In this document: positions 1 through 11,715 of the stretch, in pieces
Numbering within the stretch: the first letter of the stretch is position 1
How the letters are laid out: every line of letters starts with the position of its first letter
Program-made: the position numbers and the translations under genes
The notes under the pieces: model-generated
The model's input: only the letters and a program-made list of their open reading frames with translations
Told to the model about the DNA's origin: nothing
The model's database searches: none
IMG/VR virus record: IMGVR_UViG_3300031951_000022
Span: 32,001 to 96,000 of that record
Strand: one strand, 5' to 3'
Length of the DNA: 64,000 nucleotides
DNA from: a virus

Positions 1-105
1 ACACATCCTTTTCCATCAAAACTTAATTCCACAGTTAAACCAAACTGAGCATCTTGGTATCCACCATATCCGAAATATACTTTTTCAATTTTACCAAGTT
101 CTTTT

Positions 106-831
106 TTAGAATTCATCTTCTGTTACCTCTCTAAAGTCACTAGTATGTCTCATAACCTCAATTCTGCCATTATCTAAGTCTGCCAAAACACAATGACCGG
201 GAGCGTTTTTAATTTCGGTTAAGAATACAAAAAACTTTTTCTTATTTGATCCATATCCCAACGAATCATAATATTTAATTTTATCTTGGTCTGATAATTG
301 ATTCCAAAAATCTGGATTAAAATTTTTTGGTTCAAAAACAACTACTGTGCCGGGAGTAAAAGTATTCATATTTAGTCTTCTTTTGCTGCTTTAATTACAT
401 CTTCTCTTGAGATAATTACTGTAACACGATAAGTGTTTGACTTCCATTGTTCCCAAGCCTTACATAATACGCATCTAGGTTCATAGTTTGTACAAGGTTC
501 TCCATAAATATCAATCATTTCGTTCATAGTTAAAGGTACAGTAACTTCAACAAAATTTAAACTAAATCCATAATGCGCTTTTAGATTTTCTAATTGATCT
601 TTTTGAGATAGTGGGATTTTATACATCTTATTTATCTACTTTAGAATTCCACTTAAATTCAACTTTTCCTGTGTCATCCACTATTACCCAATGAGCCGCT
701 TTATTGATAATGGCTTGTCTTTTAAATTTATGGTCTGTCCAGTTTGTTCCACAACCCCAGCCTATAACAAAACCAACCAATAGAATTAATACTGCTGGTA
801 TAAAAAGTTCATTATCATTATAATATGTCAT
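106..831 (-). CDS. three small hypothetical phage proteins (106-369, 372-626, 628-831; the last has an N-terminal TM helix)
   Basis: Tightly packed co-directional ORFs with 1-5 nt gaps. Confidence 0.7.
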
Positions 832-836
832 ATTGT

Positions 837-1859
837 TTACTCTTTAAGCAAAAAATCGTTATTGATAGCCTTAAAACTAACTTCTCCACAAAAACTACGA
901 ATAACAATTCCCTCACGATCCTGAGAATCTTTCGCAGAAGGGAAGTGGGTTTTATACTTACCCTTTGCCATCTCCAATAGATCGGTTTTAGTATATCCGA
1001 AACTTGAGCCTTTGTCAACTATAGGAACAAAATTCAAACCAAGTTGAGAGGTTACAATTAAAGATTTATCTAAACATAATTTTTGACCTGTTCTAATATC
1101 TACCACATTAAATATATAAAGATCAACATGAGATAATCCTAATGGGTTTTTTTGAATACCCGGCCCAACAACTTCTCCCTGTAATGCTAGTCTGTGACCC
1201 TTTTCCCAAAAATTCCTTAAACCCTGCTCAATATTGTATTTTCTACTTAAGACCCAAAAGTTATGGGTGTCGTTTTCTTTATAGGAGAAATTTCTTCCAC
1301 AAACATGATAAGTTTCATCTTTGGGATCAATTAAAAATGTACTAGAAGTACCATCTAATTTAAGACTAATATAATAAGGTTGTCCAGTTAATCTTTCAAT
1401 AAAACCATATTCATCATCTAATTGAACCCGTATTTCATCTGTTTTACTTATGGGCCATATGAATTTCTTAGCATCTCCAGATATAGAAGTTGGGATGGGA
1501 GGATCATATTTTTCAATACCCAATAGGTCTGTAACATCAGCCCCAGCGGTCAATCCTGCTAGTATAGGAAAGACACTTATGGGTAATGCCAAGCCCTGAC
1601 TAAGTTGTTTCTTTAATTTACAACTCTTTAAACGATATTTTTTTAGATTATCATTCCAACAACTCTTACGAAGGAATTCAAATTCTGGAAGTTCTGGAAG
1701 TAAACTATCTATCTCTATAAATAGACAAGTATCACCGGGTTGAAATTCACCCTTTTTACTAACAACTTCCCAACCTAAAACACCAACAGTTTCTATACTG
1801 TCTGCATCTGGTATAGATTTAACATATTTCACAGTTTGTATACTTGCTAGTTTTCTCAT
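837..1859 (-). CDS. ATP-dependent RNA ligase (DRB0094/Rnl2-like)
   Basis: N-terminal MRKLASIQ/IEIDS module; nucleotidyltransferase motif I KLDGTS, QGEVVG, EGIVIR and FKAINNDFLL. Confidence 0.88.
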   Translation of the reverse strand: MRKLASIQTVKYVKSIPDADSIETVGVLGWEVVSKKGEFQPGDTCLFIEIDSLLPELPEFEFLRKSCWNDNLKKYRLKSCKLKKQLSQGLALPISVFPILAGLTAGADVTDLLGIEKYDPPIPTSISGDAKKFIWPISKTDEIRVQLDDEYGFIERLTGQPYYISLKLDGTSSTFLIDPKDETYHVCGRNFSYKENDTHNFWVLSRKYNIEQGLRNFWEKGHRLALQGEVVGPGIQKNPLGLSHVDLYIFNVVDIRTGQKLCLDKSLIVTSQLGLNFVPIVDKGSSFGYTKTDLLEMAKGKYKTHFPSAKDSQDREGIVIRSFCGEVSFKAINNDFLLKE

Positions 1860-1860
1860 T

Positions 1861-2148
1861 TTATGCTATTCCTACAATCCAACCGGGACTATCATCTATC
1901 CATATATCTACAACTATATTTTGTCTTTTAATATAATCGGCTTTTGGTTCATCATAAGAAAAATATGTTTCTATTCCTTCTGGTAGAGATTTCATAACTT
2001 CCTGACGATGTTCTAATATATTTCTTCGTGCTGTAATACAAATTACATTATGTCCGTGATCTTTTGCTAATTCTATCACTTTGTTCCAAAATGGTGGATC
2101 AGCAGTATATGTATCGTCATAATCTATAGCGATGGTGAGTTTATTCAT
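1861..2148 (-). CDS. small HAD-superfamily phosphatase (PNKP 3'-phosphatase-like)
   Basis: IAIDYDDT motif I, ITAR motif II, WIDD motif IV; adjacent to the RNA ligase. Confidence 0.75.
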   Translation of the reverse strand: MNKLTIAIDYDDTYTADPPFWNKVIELAKDHGHNVICITARRNILEHRQEVMKSLPEGIETYFSYDEPKADYIKRQNIVVDIWIDDSPGWIVGIA

Positions 2149-2831
2149 TTAGTTTTTAATTGTTCTAAGTATTTTGCTCTTGCGTCTTTTAAATATGCTT
2201 CAGCAATGTCAAATAAATATTCATAATCATCATTACCAGCCTTTTTTATTAAAATAAGGTTTCCAATAGCAGCATCTAGATAATCCTGCCAAGAATCTCC
2301 TTGTTTAAGTGTAAAATATCCCATATTATTGTAAACCCTTATCAATAGCATCCCAACCTATATCACTATTATGATTATGCCAATAAGGAGGGCTATTATT
2401 TGGAATATGAGGCCAATATTTTATTGGCTCTTGAGTATTGTCTTTTGGAGAATATACTGGATAATTAGATCTTTCAAGAGATTCTACTCTTTTAATTAAG
2501 TCTTTAACTGCTCTTTCAAGATTAAGTAAAGACTCTAATACAACATCAATTTTTTGTTTACGTTTAATTTGTTTCTTTTTCTTTTTCATACTATCCATTC
2601 CTTCTCTAATTTATCGAGAGTTATATCAACTGTAGAGTTTGTGTAAAAGCAATCAAAATCGCTATCTTGAATTTCTCTATATTTGTTCGGCCAAACTTCC
2701 CACAAAACATTCATTACTGTTTGACCATATCTCCACTGATTTTCTGCTTTTATTTTACCGTTTGATCTTGCTGCTTGATGGCTCAAGAATGTATCGTCTA
2801 CTTTTTTTAGAAATTCATTAAATGTAACCAT
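2145..2831 (-). CDS. three hypothetical proteins (2145-2351, 2326-2598, 2586-2831)
   Basis: Overlapping start/stop packing. Confidence 0.65.
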
Positions 2832-3130
2832 TATACTTCTAACATTTCTCCAATTCCTTCTAACACGCTTTTTCTAACAAACTTACTCATATTAGATACG
2901 AGAATATGATTCTTAAAAAAATCTTCGCCCTTCTCTTTTACAATAACTCCAAAAACATTTCTAGACCAACCTGTAGTAACTGTACGAACATCTTTAAAGT
3001 CAACCTCAACATTAAAGCCAAGGTCTATTTCGTCAAGTATAGACTTACGCAATTCACTAGCAAGTTTAGTGCTGCTTAAATCACTACCATACATATCTTG
3101 AATTTCGTAATAAATCAATGGTCCTTTCAT
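2831..3130 (-). CDS. STAS-like domain protein (DUF4325-like)
   Basis: Pattern LR..I......VEVDFKDVRTVT.GW.RNVFG resembles the STAS-like fold. Confidence 0.6.
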   Translation of the reverse strand: MKGPLIYYEIQDMYGSDLSSTKLASELRKSILDEIDLGFNVEVDFKDVRTVTTGWSRNVFGVIVKEKGEDFFKNHILVSNMSKFVRKSVLEGIGEMLEV

Positions 3131-3191
3131 ATATTCTCCACATTCTTTTCTATAATATCAGCAATAAAATCAACTTTGTTTTCTGTTTCCA

Positions 3192-3410
3192 TTATTGAAG
3201 TCCCAATTCTTGATCGTGTTCGCTTAGTTTATTTAGTGCTTGATGTCTGAGATAATTTAAACCCGCCACAAATCCACACTCAAAGTAATAGAAATCATTA
3301 GGGGTTCCTTCGTGATCTCCCTCTATCCATATTTCTTGTGCTAATTCTTTGGCTCGGCTATAGGCAGATTGAATACTCTCTTTTTGTTTTTGTTGCCAAG
3401 TTTTTTTCAT
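3192..3410 (-). CDS. hypothetical protein, paralog of 6746-6952
   Basis: Shares IWIEGDHEGTPNDFYYFECGFVAGLNYLRHQALNKLSEHDQE with 6746-6952. Confidence 0.7.
   Translation of the reverse strand: MKKTWQQKQKESIQSAYSRAKELAQEIWIEGDHEGTPNDFYYFECGFVAGLNYLRHQALNKLSEHDQELGLQ
3207..3332. repeat. 126 bp direct repeat, copy 1 (copy 2 at 6761-6886)
   Basis: Identical by eye from ttcttgatcgtg to ctctatccatat. Confidence 0.9.
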
Positions 3411-3898
3411 TTTTCTTTTTCTCTTTTTTCGTATTCTTTTTGGGTCAGATATGTTCCATCTGCTTTTTTGCTAGTAAACTGCCCCATACCCATACAATGT
3501 CCACAAATGGTCTTAGACATTTTCGGCCCAGCAGCACCATATTCTTGAAGCAAAATTTGGTAATGGGAGTTTACGCTGTCGCAGTAATCATAATGTTCGC
3601 CGTATGGCAGTTTAACACATTTCGGGCATCTGTCAACCATTAAATGTTTATTGAGCCACAAAGCCATCTTGGCATCAAACATAATTTTGTTAACATCTTC
3701 AACCCTTTCTCCCGTTCCTTCACAATAAATACAAGATATTAGGTGTTTCTTGTAATATAACTCTAGTCTTTTTGTTTTAAGATAGTCGTAAAGATTATAT
3801 TTATTTGGAGGAATGACAAAGTACAATACAATTATAAAACCGATACATCCAACTATGGATATAAAATTTAGAAAACTCATTTTATTATGATCATTCAT
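3407..3898 (-). CDS. membrane-anchored DnaJ-type zinc-finger protein
   Basis: N-terminal TM; CIYCEGTG and CGHCMGMG (CxxCxGxG) motifs. Confidence 0.7.
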   Translation of the reverse strand: MNDHNKMSFLNFISIVGCIGFIIVLYFVIPPNKYNLYDYLKTKRLELYYKKHLISCIYCEGTGERVEDVNKIMFDAKMALWLNKHLMVDRCPKCVKLPYGEHYDYCDSVNSHYQILLQEYGAAGPKMSKTICGHCMGMGQFTSKKADGTYLTQKEYEKREKEK

Positions 3899-5199
3899 AG
3901 ATAAGCCTCACCCCACATATATTTTCCTCTTACTATTCTACCAAATCTATTAATTGTAAACTCACCAGTGTCAGGAAATTTTTCTTCCCATTTACAATCG
4001 TGTCTTTTGAGCCAATGGACAGCATCGTAATAATTATGAAATATCAAACACTTTGGTATTGGTCCTACTGGCATAAGACTATCAATATCTGTTTGGTCGA
4101 AATATATTACTAGTTTATTCATTTTGGTCCCATATCATTAGTTTTAAAGTTTGGATTGATAAAATAGTAAAATAATTCATATAGTTCATAAACTAAAACA
4201 ACAGATAAAAATACTGTTTGTAATATTAAAAAACCGAAGAAACAATAGAATAAAAAGTATTTTAACATGGCAGGTGAGGTATCATTACTAATACTCTGAA
4301 AATAACACTGATATCCAAGGCCAATGTTCCAGACCTAAGCTTTATTTTCTCATATTAGTCAAATCCCATTCTCCTTTTCCTTGTCTTACCATGTATGTTG
4401 TATTGAAAACGCCCCAATTATCGTTGGTTAATACCCTTCGTGAGAAATCTCAACAATACGGATATTAGAGCAACAGGACATTACCTCCCGGTGATCAAGT
4501 CGGTGGTGAGTGTTAATTCACTTCTTCTCCCGTATTATAGTCGATAACTGGCTTTTTACAAGCCTCCATCATTCTTTCTAAGTTCCACTGCAATCCCTCT
4601 AAATCATCAGATATTGGATGAGCCAAACTTTCAGAAATATTAACAATATCTCCGTTATCGTCATAGTAAACCTCATGAATACCATAGCTAATATCGGTAT
4701 CTCCAAGAGGAATTTTGGTAACTTGTTTCACGACCCTATATGACCAACTCATTTTCTGCTCTCCAGTTCAATTATACGCTCATATATCTCATGTGTAATA
4801 AGTTCAACAAAGATTATCTCGTCTTTAGATAAAACATCATCAAGAAATTGACTAAACTCACGAATATCACCAATATGAGTAGGCGAACTAATATCGTTAG
4901 TGTTCTTCCAGAACTTTAGTTGTTGTTCAAGAAATTCTATAACTTTAAGTTGTTTGCTGGATGGTTTCATTTTTAATGGTTTTTGATTGCTCTGAACTAA
5001 AAACTAAATAAAGATTTGATAGATCATCAAGAGAATAACCTTTATTATGTGGTACTCCCCATTTTGCCTTATCTTTCATATTTTTGTGCATGAGATATAG
5101 TGAGTCAAGAATCATTTCATAAAAATATTTCTTCAAATTTTCTTGACTTACATCAATAGCTTTGAGTGCTGACTGAATTTTATCATGGTTTATGCTCAT
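3895..5199 (-). CDS. hypothetical proteins (3895-4122, 4513-4752, 4749-4970, 4945-5199)
   Basis: Co-directional ORFs; 4513-4752 has the common phage MSWSYRVV...YGIHEVYY pattern. Confidence 0.6.
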
Positions 5200-5410
5200 A
5201 TTATTCCTTTCTTTTAGGCAACTTTTTAGGCTTTACTGTCGGCTTGTTTTGTTCATTTATTTCTGGAAGTTCCAACTCATCAATTTCTGCTGATCTTATA
5301 GCATCCAACATCTTATTCAGATTTTGTAGTCTTGTGACCAACTCCTGACCAACATTAATTTGTTTATCGGTACTCATGGTAGGTCTAGTTTAACAGAAAT
5401 TTTTGATTTG

Positions 5411-6058
5411 TCAATCCGGTATTCCGCTCTCTAGTCTATATAACATAGCCTCTATTTGATTGGTATTTTGCTCTATAACCATTTGTCGTGGTGTTTTATT
5501 GTTAAATGCCGGATTAGGAGAGTCCAACCAAGAATCAATAAATGTTTCTTGTACTATTCTTTTTAGTCTTTCTTTAAGCTCATCTGTGGTTTTCATTTTG
5601 TTTCTTTCTCTATCTTCGTATTCTTGTTGGGTTAAATATCTTTGAGTTTTTATATCAAACGAAGAAAACTGTCCCATTCCTAAACATTGTCCACAACTTG
5701 TCTTTTCCATTTTCGGCCCAGCAGCACCATACTCTTTAAGAAAAATATGATACTGAGAGTTAACTTTATCGCAATAGTCGTAATGTTCAACGTATGGTAG
5801 TTTAACACACTTGTCGCATCTGTCAACCTTCAAATGTTTATTAAGGTATAATGCCATTTTAGCATCAAACATAATTTTATTAATGTCCTCGACTCTTTCT
5901 CCTGTTCCTTTACAGTATATGCAAGTTATGAAGACCTTTTTATGTTTTTGATTATATGATTGTAGATTTTTTCTATGCAAAGGATCTAATACAAATAAAC
6001 ATATTAAAAATCCTATTGCAGAAACTACTGCTACTTGATAGCAAAATTTATTATTCAT
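5411..6058 (-). CDS. zinc-finger protein (paralog of 3407-3898) in frame with a C-terminal Xre/MbcA/ParS antitoxin-like domain (5411-5596)
   Basis: CIYCKGTG and CGQCLGMG; C-terminus WLDSPNPAFNNKTPRQM...QIEAMLYRLESG. Confidence 0.7.
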   Translation of the reverse strand: MNNKFCYQVAVVSAIGFLICLFVLDPLHRKNLQSYNQKHKKVFITCIYCKGTGERVEDINKIMFDAKMALYLNKHLKVDRCDKCVKLPYVEHYDYCDKVNSQYHIFLKEYGAAGPKMEKTSCGQCLGMGQFSSFDIKTQRYLTQQEYEDRERNKMKTTDELKERLKRIVQETFIDSWLDSPNPAFNNKTPRQMVIEQNTNQIEAMLYRLESGIPD

Positions 6059-8207
6059 AATCAAAACACTCTGCTTTCTTAACTTGACCACGCCTTATAT
6101 ATCTTATATCGTCCTCAATATATTTTTGTGCTTGTTCTATCGTAAAAAACTTGTGAGTATTCCGTATCATACCACCAGCACCAAAATATTCATAAGCAAA
6201 AGCCCAATACCAAAATAATAAAACTCTTTTTTTAACTTGATACCATTCTTCTCCGTTACCATTAACGAATTTACATATTCTATATTTAGTCATTGATATA
6301 TGCTTTCATAATAGGAACAAACTGATCTATACTTTCTTGTGTAGTATCTTTTGTATCTCCATGATCTATAAATAACCATCCATTCCATCCTGACCAGATA
6401 TATAATTTGGTTGGTGAAGTCTCAGAGATTTTAAATAATCGTCCATTATAATCGACTATAGCAGATAAGAGGATATTTCCATCTGTTCGTGATCGTCTTT
6501 CATTAATGATTCTCATACTACTTCGTGGCTTTCTATTTCCATACTATAATATCCAAATTTATAATAGCTAGTATCTCCATACCTTTCTTTTATAGGTTTG
6601 GAAAGTTTACAGTTGTCTACAAAATATTCGGCGGTTTGCTTATTAGCGAATACTTTTACAATCTCTTTTCTAGGATGAGATACGAATAGCCCACCAATTT
6701 CGTCTTGGTAAACACCTTCTACTTCACCAACAACAATATAAACAGTCATTCAAATCCCATTTCTTGATCGTGTTCGCTTAGTTTATTTAGTGCTTGATGT
6801 CTGAGATAATTTAAACCCGCCACAAATCCACACTCAAAGTAATAGAAATCATTAGGGGTTCCTTCGTGATCTCCCTCTATCCATATGTCTTTAGCTAACT
6901 TCTTTGCAAGATTATATCTTTCTTTTATATCTTCTAGCTTGTCTGTGTTCATTATTTTCTTTCTATCATTGTACCATCTTTAACAACATAAATTTTAGGG
7001 ATAACATTAGATCTAATATATGCTCGTCCACCGTCTATCATATTGCCATTTTTAAACGTTTTATATTCGTGCCTAAACTGACTATACTGGAGGTTTCCAT
7101 CGTCATCCTCTACGCAGCCAAATGTCTCATTCTCTATTTTGTCAGCGTTAGCAATGTAGATATTATCGCCATAAACCCTGAGAGAAAAGTATTTGTTTCC
7201 AAAGGTAGGATGTGGAGTCTCTCTATAATAAATGTCTTCTGGGGCATCGGTATAATGCAAATCAGTTGTGCATACATATTTTATAGGAACACCATCTTTC
7301 TCAGAATAATGCTCAATAACTTTATTGGTTCTAGTATATGGAAAGTGTTTAATCATTTGTGTACTTCTCTAATTCTTTTACCGCCTCGTTTCGCCTGTGG
7401 TGCCACAGCCTAGCTAGGCCAGTTAGTTCATCATTATAACCCGTTGTGTTGGGATTGTCAAATACAAAATCGGCTATCGCCTCAGATAAATTTAACATTT
7501 CTTGCTGATCTAGTCTGTGTTCTGTATATCCTTCGTAGGCAAATACTTTAAATAAATATGGCCTATTATTAATATTAGGATTATGGTGTATCTCAATATA
7601 TGTTTCTGGAGTAATTGATATAGACTTTTGTTGATAATCGCTCATTCTTGCACTTTTGTTCCCATGTCATAAGGGTATCCATCTTCTGGATCGTCACTAT
7701 AAACACCTTCGTATTCATTATCCCACCAAGGAATTTTACTATCTGGTAAAGAGTTGTCTGCTTCGTTTTCGATCATGATGCTTCCGGTGATACACCGCCC
7801 TCTTTTGTTTCATAAGATTTAATAGTCCACCCTAACTTCAACAAGTCCTGTTTAATCTCATCTGTTACTACGCTTTCTGGAACATACTCTTGAACGTGGT
7901 CGCAAGCTATACCGCTACAATAGAACTGCATATAGTCCATATTGTCTCTTATTGTATTTAGGTCTTTATTATCATTAATCAATTCAGCAGCTATCCCTCC
8001 AGCATAACGCCAGCTACAACTCCATTCCTCTCCGTTTTTATAAAATAAATTATTGCAAAGACCTGCGTATAAGTTTTGTGCATAAGCGTCGGAATTTCTA
8101 CATTTATTTCTAATATATTCAGAAGATAGTAAATCCGATTCTAAATCTACTTTAGTCTGTGCCATAGATAACTTTGGTGTATAATTATATGGGGTGTGTG
8201 AGGACAT
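6051..8207 (-). CDS. run of hypothetical proteins (6051-6293, 6286-6516, 6513-6749, 6746-6952, 6952-7356, 7349-7645, 7773-8207)
   Basis: Mostly overlapping start/stop codons typical of phage operons. Confidence 0.7.
6761..6886. repeat. 126 bp direct repeat, copy 2
   Basis: Matches 3207-3332. Confidence 0.9.
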
Positions 8208-8296
8208 TCCTAACCGTACAAATTAATTATACCAAACGCCCAAATAGTTGTCAACCTCACTTGACTCTATTTGGGTTGTTTGTTTTTAGGTGAAAA

Positions 8297-8971
8297 ATGA
8301 AAATTAAAGTTTGTACAAAATGTAAACATAAGTTTCCAGCAAGTCTGAACTATTTTTACAAAAATTACCAAAAATTGACTAGTCGTTGTAAAGTATGTAT
8401 TAATAATTATAGAAAAAAGAATAAAGAAAAATTAAATGCTTATAATAAAAATTACTTACTTAACAATCCAGACAAAGCTAAAAAATATCAAGAAAATAGT
8501 AAAGAAAGAAAAAAACAAAATTTTAAATTATGGTATCAAAAAAATAAAAATAAACAAGCCATAAAACACAAAAAATGGAGAGAGAACAATTTAGAGAGAC
8601 ATAGAAACAATTATAAAAAATGGAAAAAAACGCATGATAGAACTAGTTATCACAGAGATAGGAGAGAAAATATTCCAACCGTTAAATTAATAGACAATGT
8701 TAGACGAAGAATAAATATAGCCCTGCAAGGTAAAAATAAATCTTCAATAGAATATTTAGGCATAGAAATTAAATTATATAAACAATATTTAGAAAATTTA
8801 TTTCAACCAGGAATGAATTGGAATAATTATGGAATAAATGGTTGGCATATAGATCATATAGTTCCACTTTCATCTGCTAAAAACAAAAAAGAACTAATAA
8901 AATTATTTCACTATACTAATACACAACCGTTATGGGCGAATGATAATCTTAAAAAAAGTAATAAAATTTAA
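8297..8971 (+). CDS. HNH homing endonuclease
   Basis: N-terminal CxxC...CxxC, Lys-rich linker, WHIDHIVPLS...FHYTNTQPLWANDNLKK; opposite strand to neighbours. Confidence 0.85.
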   Translation: MKIKVCTKCKHKFPASLNYFYKNYQKLTSRCKVCINNYRKKNKEKLNAYNKNYLLNNPDKAKKYQENSKERKKQNFKLWYQKNKNKQAIKHKKWRENNLERHRNNYKKWKKTHDRTSYHRDRRENIPTVKLIDNVRRRINIALQGKNKSSIEYLGIEIKLYKQYLENLFQPGMNWNNYGINGWHIDHIVPLSSAKNKKELIKLFHYTNTQPLWANDNLKKSNKI

Positions 8972-8990
8972 TTAAAATAAAGACTTAGTT

Positions 8991-9284
8991 TCATCGGTAA
9001 ACCCATACAGGATGATAAAAATATTGAACTTGAGGAACATAAACAACTTTCTGAGTCCTATACCACAAACATCTTTGTTCCACAACTATAGGCTGTTGTA
9101 CAACATATGGGGTATATTGATAAACAACTACTGGTTGTGGTGGAGGATTATAGGTTTGCTGAGTAATAGTAGTCTGTGTTACTGTAGGAGAACTATATAC
9201 ATAAGGAATCCAATCTTGAGCATAAGCACTATTAGTAATAGTCATAGCACAAAGAAAATATAAGCACTTCATCAAATTTCTCAT
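8991..9284 (-). CDS. secreted Tyr/Pro/Val/Gln-rich small protein
   Basis: Signal peptide ending AYA-Q; low-complexity YVPQ-rich body. Confidence 0.6.
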   Translation of the reverse strand: MRNLMKCLYFLCAMTITNSAYAQDWIPYVYSSPTVTQTTITQQTYNPPPQPVVVYQYTPYVVQQPIVVEQRCLWYRTQKVVYVPQVQYFYHPVWVYR

Positions 9285-9302
9285 TGTATCTCCTTAAATA
9301 AT

Positions 9303-10716
9303 TTATAAATCAATGTTCACATTATGTTTATTAAGTAATCTATAAAACTCATCACGAATCTTATCAAGAGCATCATTAGCGCTCTTAAAATCATGATGGT
9401 TTCGTTGCCAGCTTCTAATCTGTTCACTAAAATCCCAAAGAAAACTTTGAACTTTTGGGGCTTGAGTAGCAACATCATATTCGTGTTGATCTTCCGGCAA
9501 ATCAAACCTTAGTAAAACTTTCATGACCAAATTTCCCTTCGTATCTTAATTAGTTCAATTAGTTTCTCAGTATCTTCCTTATCATATTGTTTTTCTGTTT
9601 TTTCTATTGATGACAATGCTTTTTTATACTCTTTAGAAATCTTTGATGAAAAATGTTCATCTTCAAAGTCTTTAAACTTGTAAACTTCATGAGGGTCTGG
9701 TCTATTAGGTCTAATATCTTTCCACCACAGATAAAGCTCTTTTACTTTTTGTGCAGATAAAGCCTGTGGAGTCATTTCACCATAGTGTTTGTCTTCTTTG
9801 CTTGTGCCGTAATCTTCATTATAAACCAAAGAAGAGGCCCAATTCAAATGATCTAATCCGGCTTCTCTAGAGCGGCCATTAACAAATTTATATTTCTTAG
9901 ACTTATCATATCTGCTAGTTGTCGCCAGTTCTATTTCGACATAATCAGACAACTCATTGAATAAGCCATGTAATACTTTATAGTCAAATTCATAATATTC
10001 TCCGGGCTTGAGTCCGGTTTTTAACACATGAGTCTGATCTATCCATCTGTTCTGGATATAAATCTTTATTGTATGATACAAATCGCTGGGGAACATTACA
10101 AAATCTTGTAGCTTTTTAAGACCCTTTTCGGCCAACCAATATCTAGTCGGATACTTCTTTTTTGCTTCATTATGCCAATCGTCCCACTCTTTCCAGCCCA
10201 AAGCATAAGGCTTTTTTGTGCCTCTAATAATGTCAGCTAAATTTGAACAACTCCAGTAATTATAGCGTGATCGTCTTAGCATTATTTTGATCTTTCTTCT
10301 CTATGCTTATCACACAGTACGCTAATCCATCCACCTTTAGTTGGCTTGCCGGGATCGCCACAAACCTCACAGATTTTATAACTTAGCTCATCTGCCAAAG
10401 ACACAAGTCCTCTTACATAATCATCTCCACCACTATAATATATTCTCAATCCACCAAACTTTTCTTTTATTTGGTCAAATTTTACAGGAACGTAGTCTAA
10501 ATCTGACTGATCGTTTTCTGTCCTAATTCTTATTCTGTCTGCTATATTTTTCTCATGTTTAAAAATTCTCCAACAAACAGAAGATATCAATTCATACCAA
10601 CCTAAACCACACTCTATGCCGAAACTCATGCACGACTCTCTACGAGATTTTAGTCTATTAGAAAATAGATCTGGATATTCTTCATAAAGAGTGTCCCATG
10701 ACTTTTCATTGTCCAT
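9303..10716 (-). CDS. three conserved-looking hypothetical phage proteins (9303-9530, 9521-10282, 10282-10716)
   Basis: Packed ORFs; 10282-10716 has QIKEKFGGLRIY...CEVCG, a motif common in phage proteins. Confidence 0.7.
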
Positions 10717-10739
10717 CGCTCTATTCCTTTTAAGGCTTA

Positions 10740-11028
10740 CTAATTATAGTAACGCTCACATCTCTGAACAAAAGCAGGAAGCATCTTACGAAGATTATGT
10801 GGCATAGTATCAAAAGAGGAATGACTAGGTTCAAAAAACCGCTCGACCAAGAGCAATCTTTAACCCCATTTTCTTACTAAACTTATCACCCTTGCGACAT
10901 TGAGCATAGCCGATAGAAAAATCTCCCTTGTACTGTGTTGGAACAGCCACCAAAACTCCCTTTGGTTCGCCTCTTTTGTCACGATAATAAGTGATAAGAC
11001 TATACTTTGGAATATTCAGATCAATCAT
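10740..11028 (-). CDS. hypothetical protein interrupted by a +1 frameshift at TTT-TGA (10831-10838)
   Basis: Frame 0 stops at 10831; the +1 frame continues 30 codons (EPSHSSF...FVQRCERYYN) to TAG at 10740. Confidence 0.55.
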
Positions 11029-11063
11029 TTTTATTCTCCTTTGTGGGTGTACATGGAAGTATA

Positions 11064-11486
11064 TCATACTATCGTCGTGCTGTCAACCGGCACTTTACAG
11101 TTTTTGGTAAAAACTATACCCTTTTTCGCTGGTGCTGGGATAGGTTCGTCGAATTTTTCGACATAGGAAACCACCCAACCATACTTAGGCTTATCATTCC
11201 AACCATAAAGAGGATCGTTCTGTGATACTAGATGTTTATTATAATCATCAATCCAAGATATTTTATCTGGATATTTAAAACTACCACTAAATGTAATAGT
11301 ACCAATAATTCTGGCTTTAAATTTGCCAAGTTTACCCGGAGTTTCAACTAGATATAATGGATGGTTAACATACTTCATTGGAATGTGATAGGATCGTGTC
11401 TCTATGCTTTTCAGCCCATCAATTAAAAGAGTTGACCAAGGAACCTGTATGTTTAAACCATTCATTTTGTAACTTCTATGTGCCAC
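11064..11486 (-). CDS. ASCH/PUA-like domain protein
   Basis: LNIQVPWSTLLIDGLKSIETR = ASCH signature (P....I..G.K.iE.R). Confidence 0.8.
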   Translation of the reverse strand: MAHRSYKMNGLNIQVPWSTLLIDGLKSIETRSYHIPMKYVNHPLYLVETPGKLGKFKARIIGTITFSGSFKYPDKISWIDDYNKHLVSQNDPLYGWNDKPKYGWVVSYVEKFDEPIPAPAKKGIVFTKNCKVPVDSTTIV

Positions 11487-11652
11487 CTGTTGCCGTGAAG
11501 TTCAGCCACAACTCCCATATTCAGCTTAACAAGTTCTGCTACTATTTCGGCCAACTTTTGTGTTTCATTCAGATAAAGATAAATCATGCTGTTTCTCCGT
11601 TGTGAGCGTTTAGTATAAGTCTCTTATCGGCAGTTGTCAAGATGGTTCTTTA

Positions 11653-11689
11653 AAAAAAAGAAACGATGGCGTGTATGCCGTCGCTTCTT
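11653..11689 (-). terminator. intrinsic terminator (minus strand)
   Basis: Hairpin aagaaacgatggc/gccgtcgcttctt with adjacent A-run on + (U-tract on -). Confidence 0.6.
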
Positions 11690-11715
11690 AATTAATTTAT
11701 GATTGTTCGTCAATT

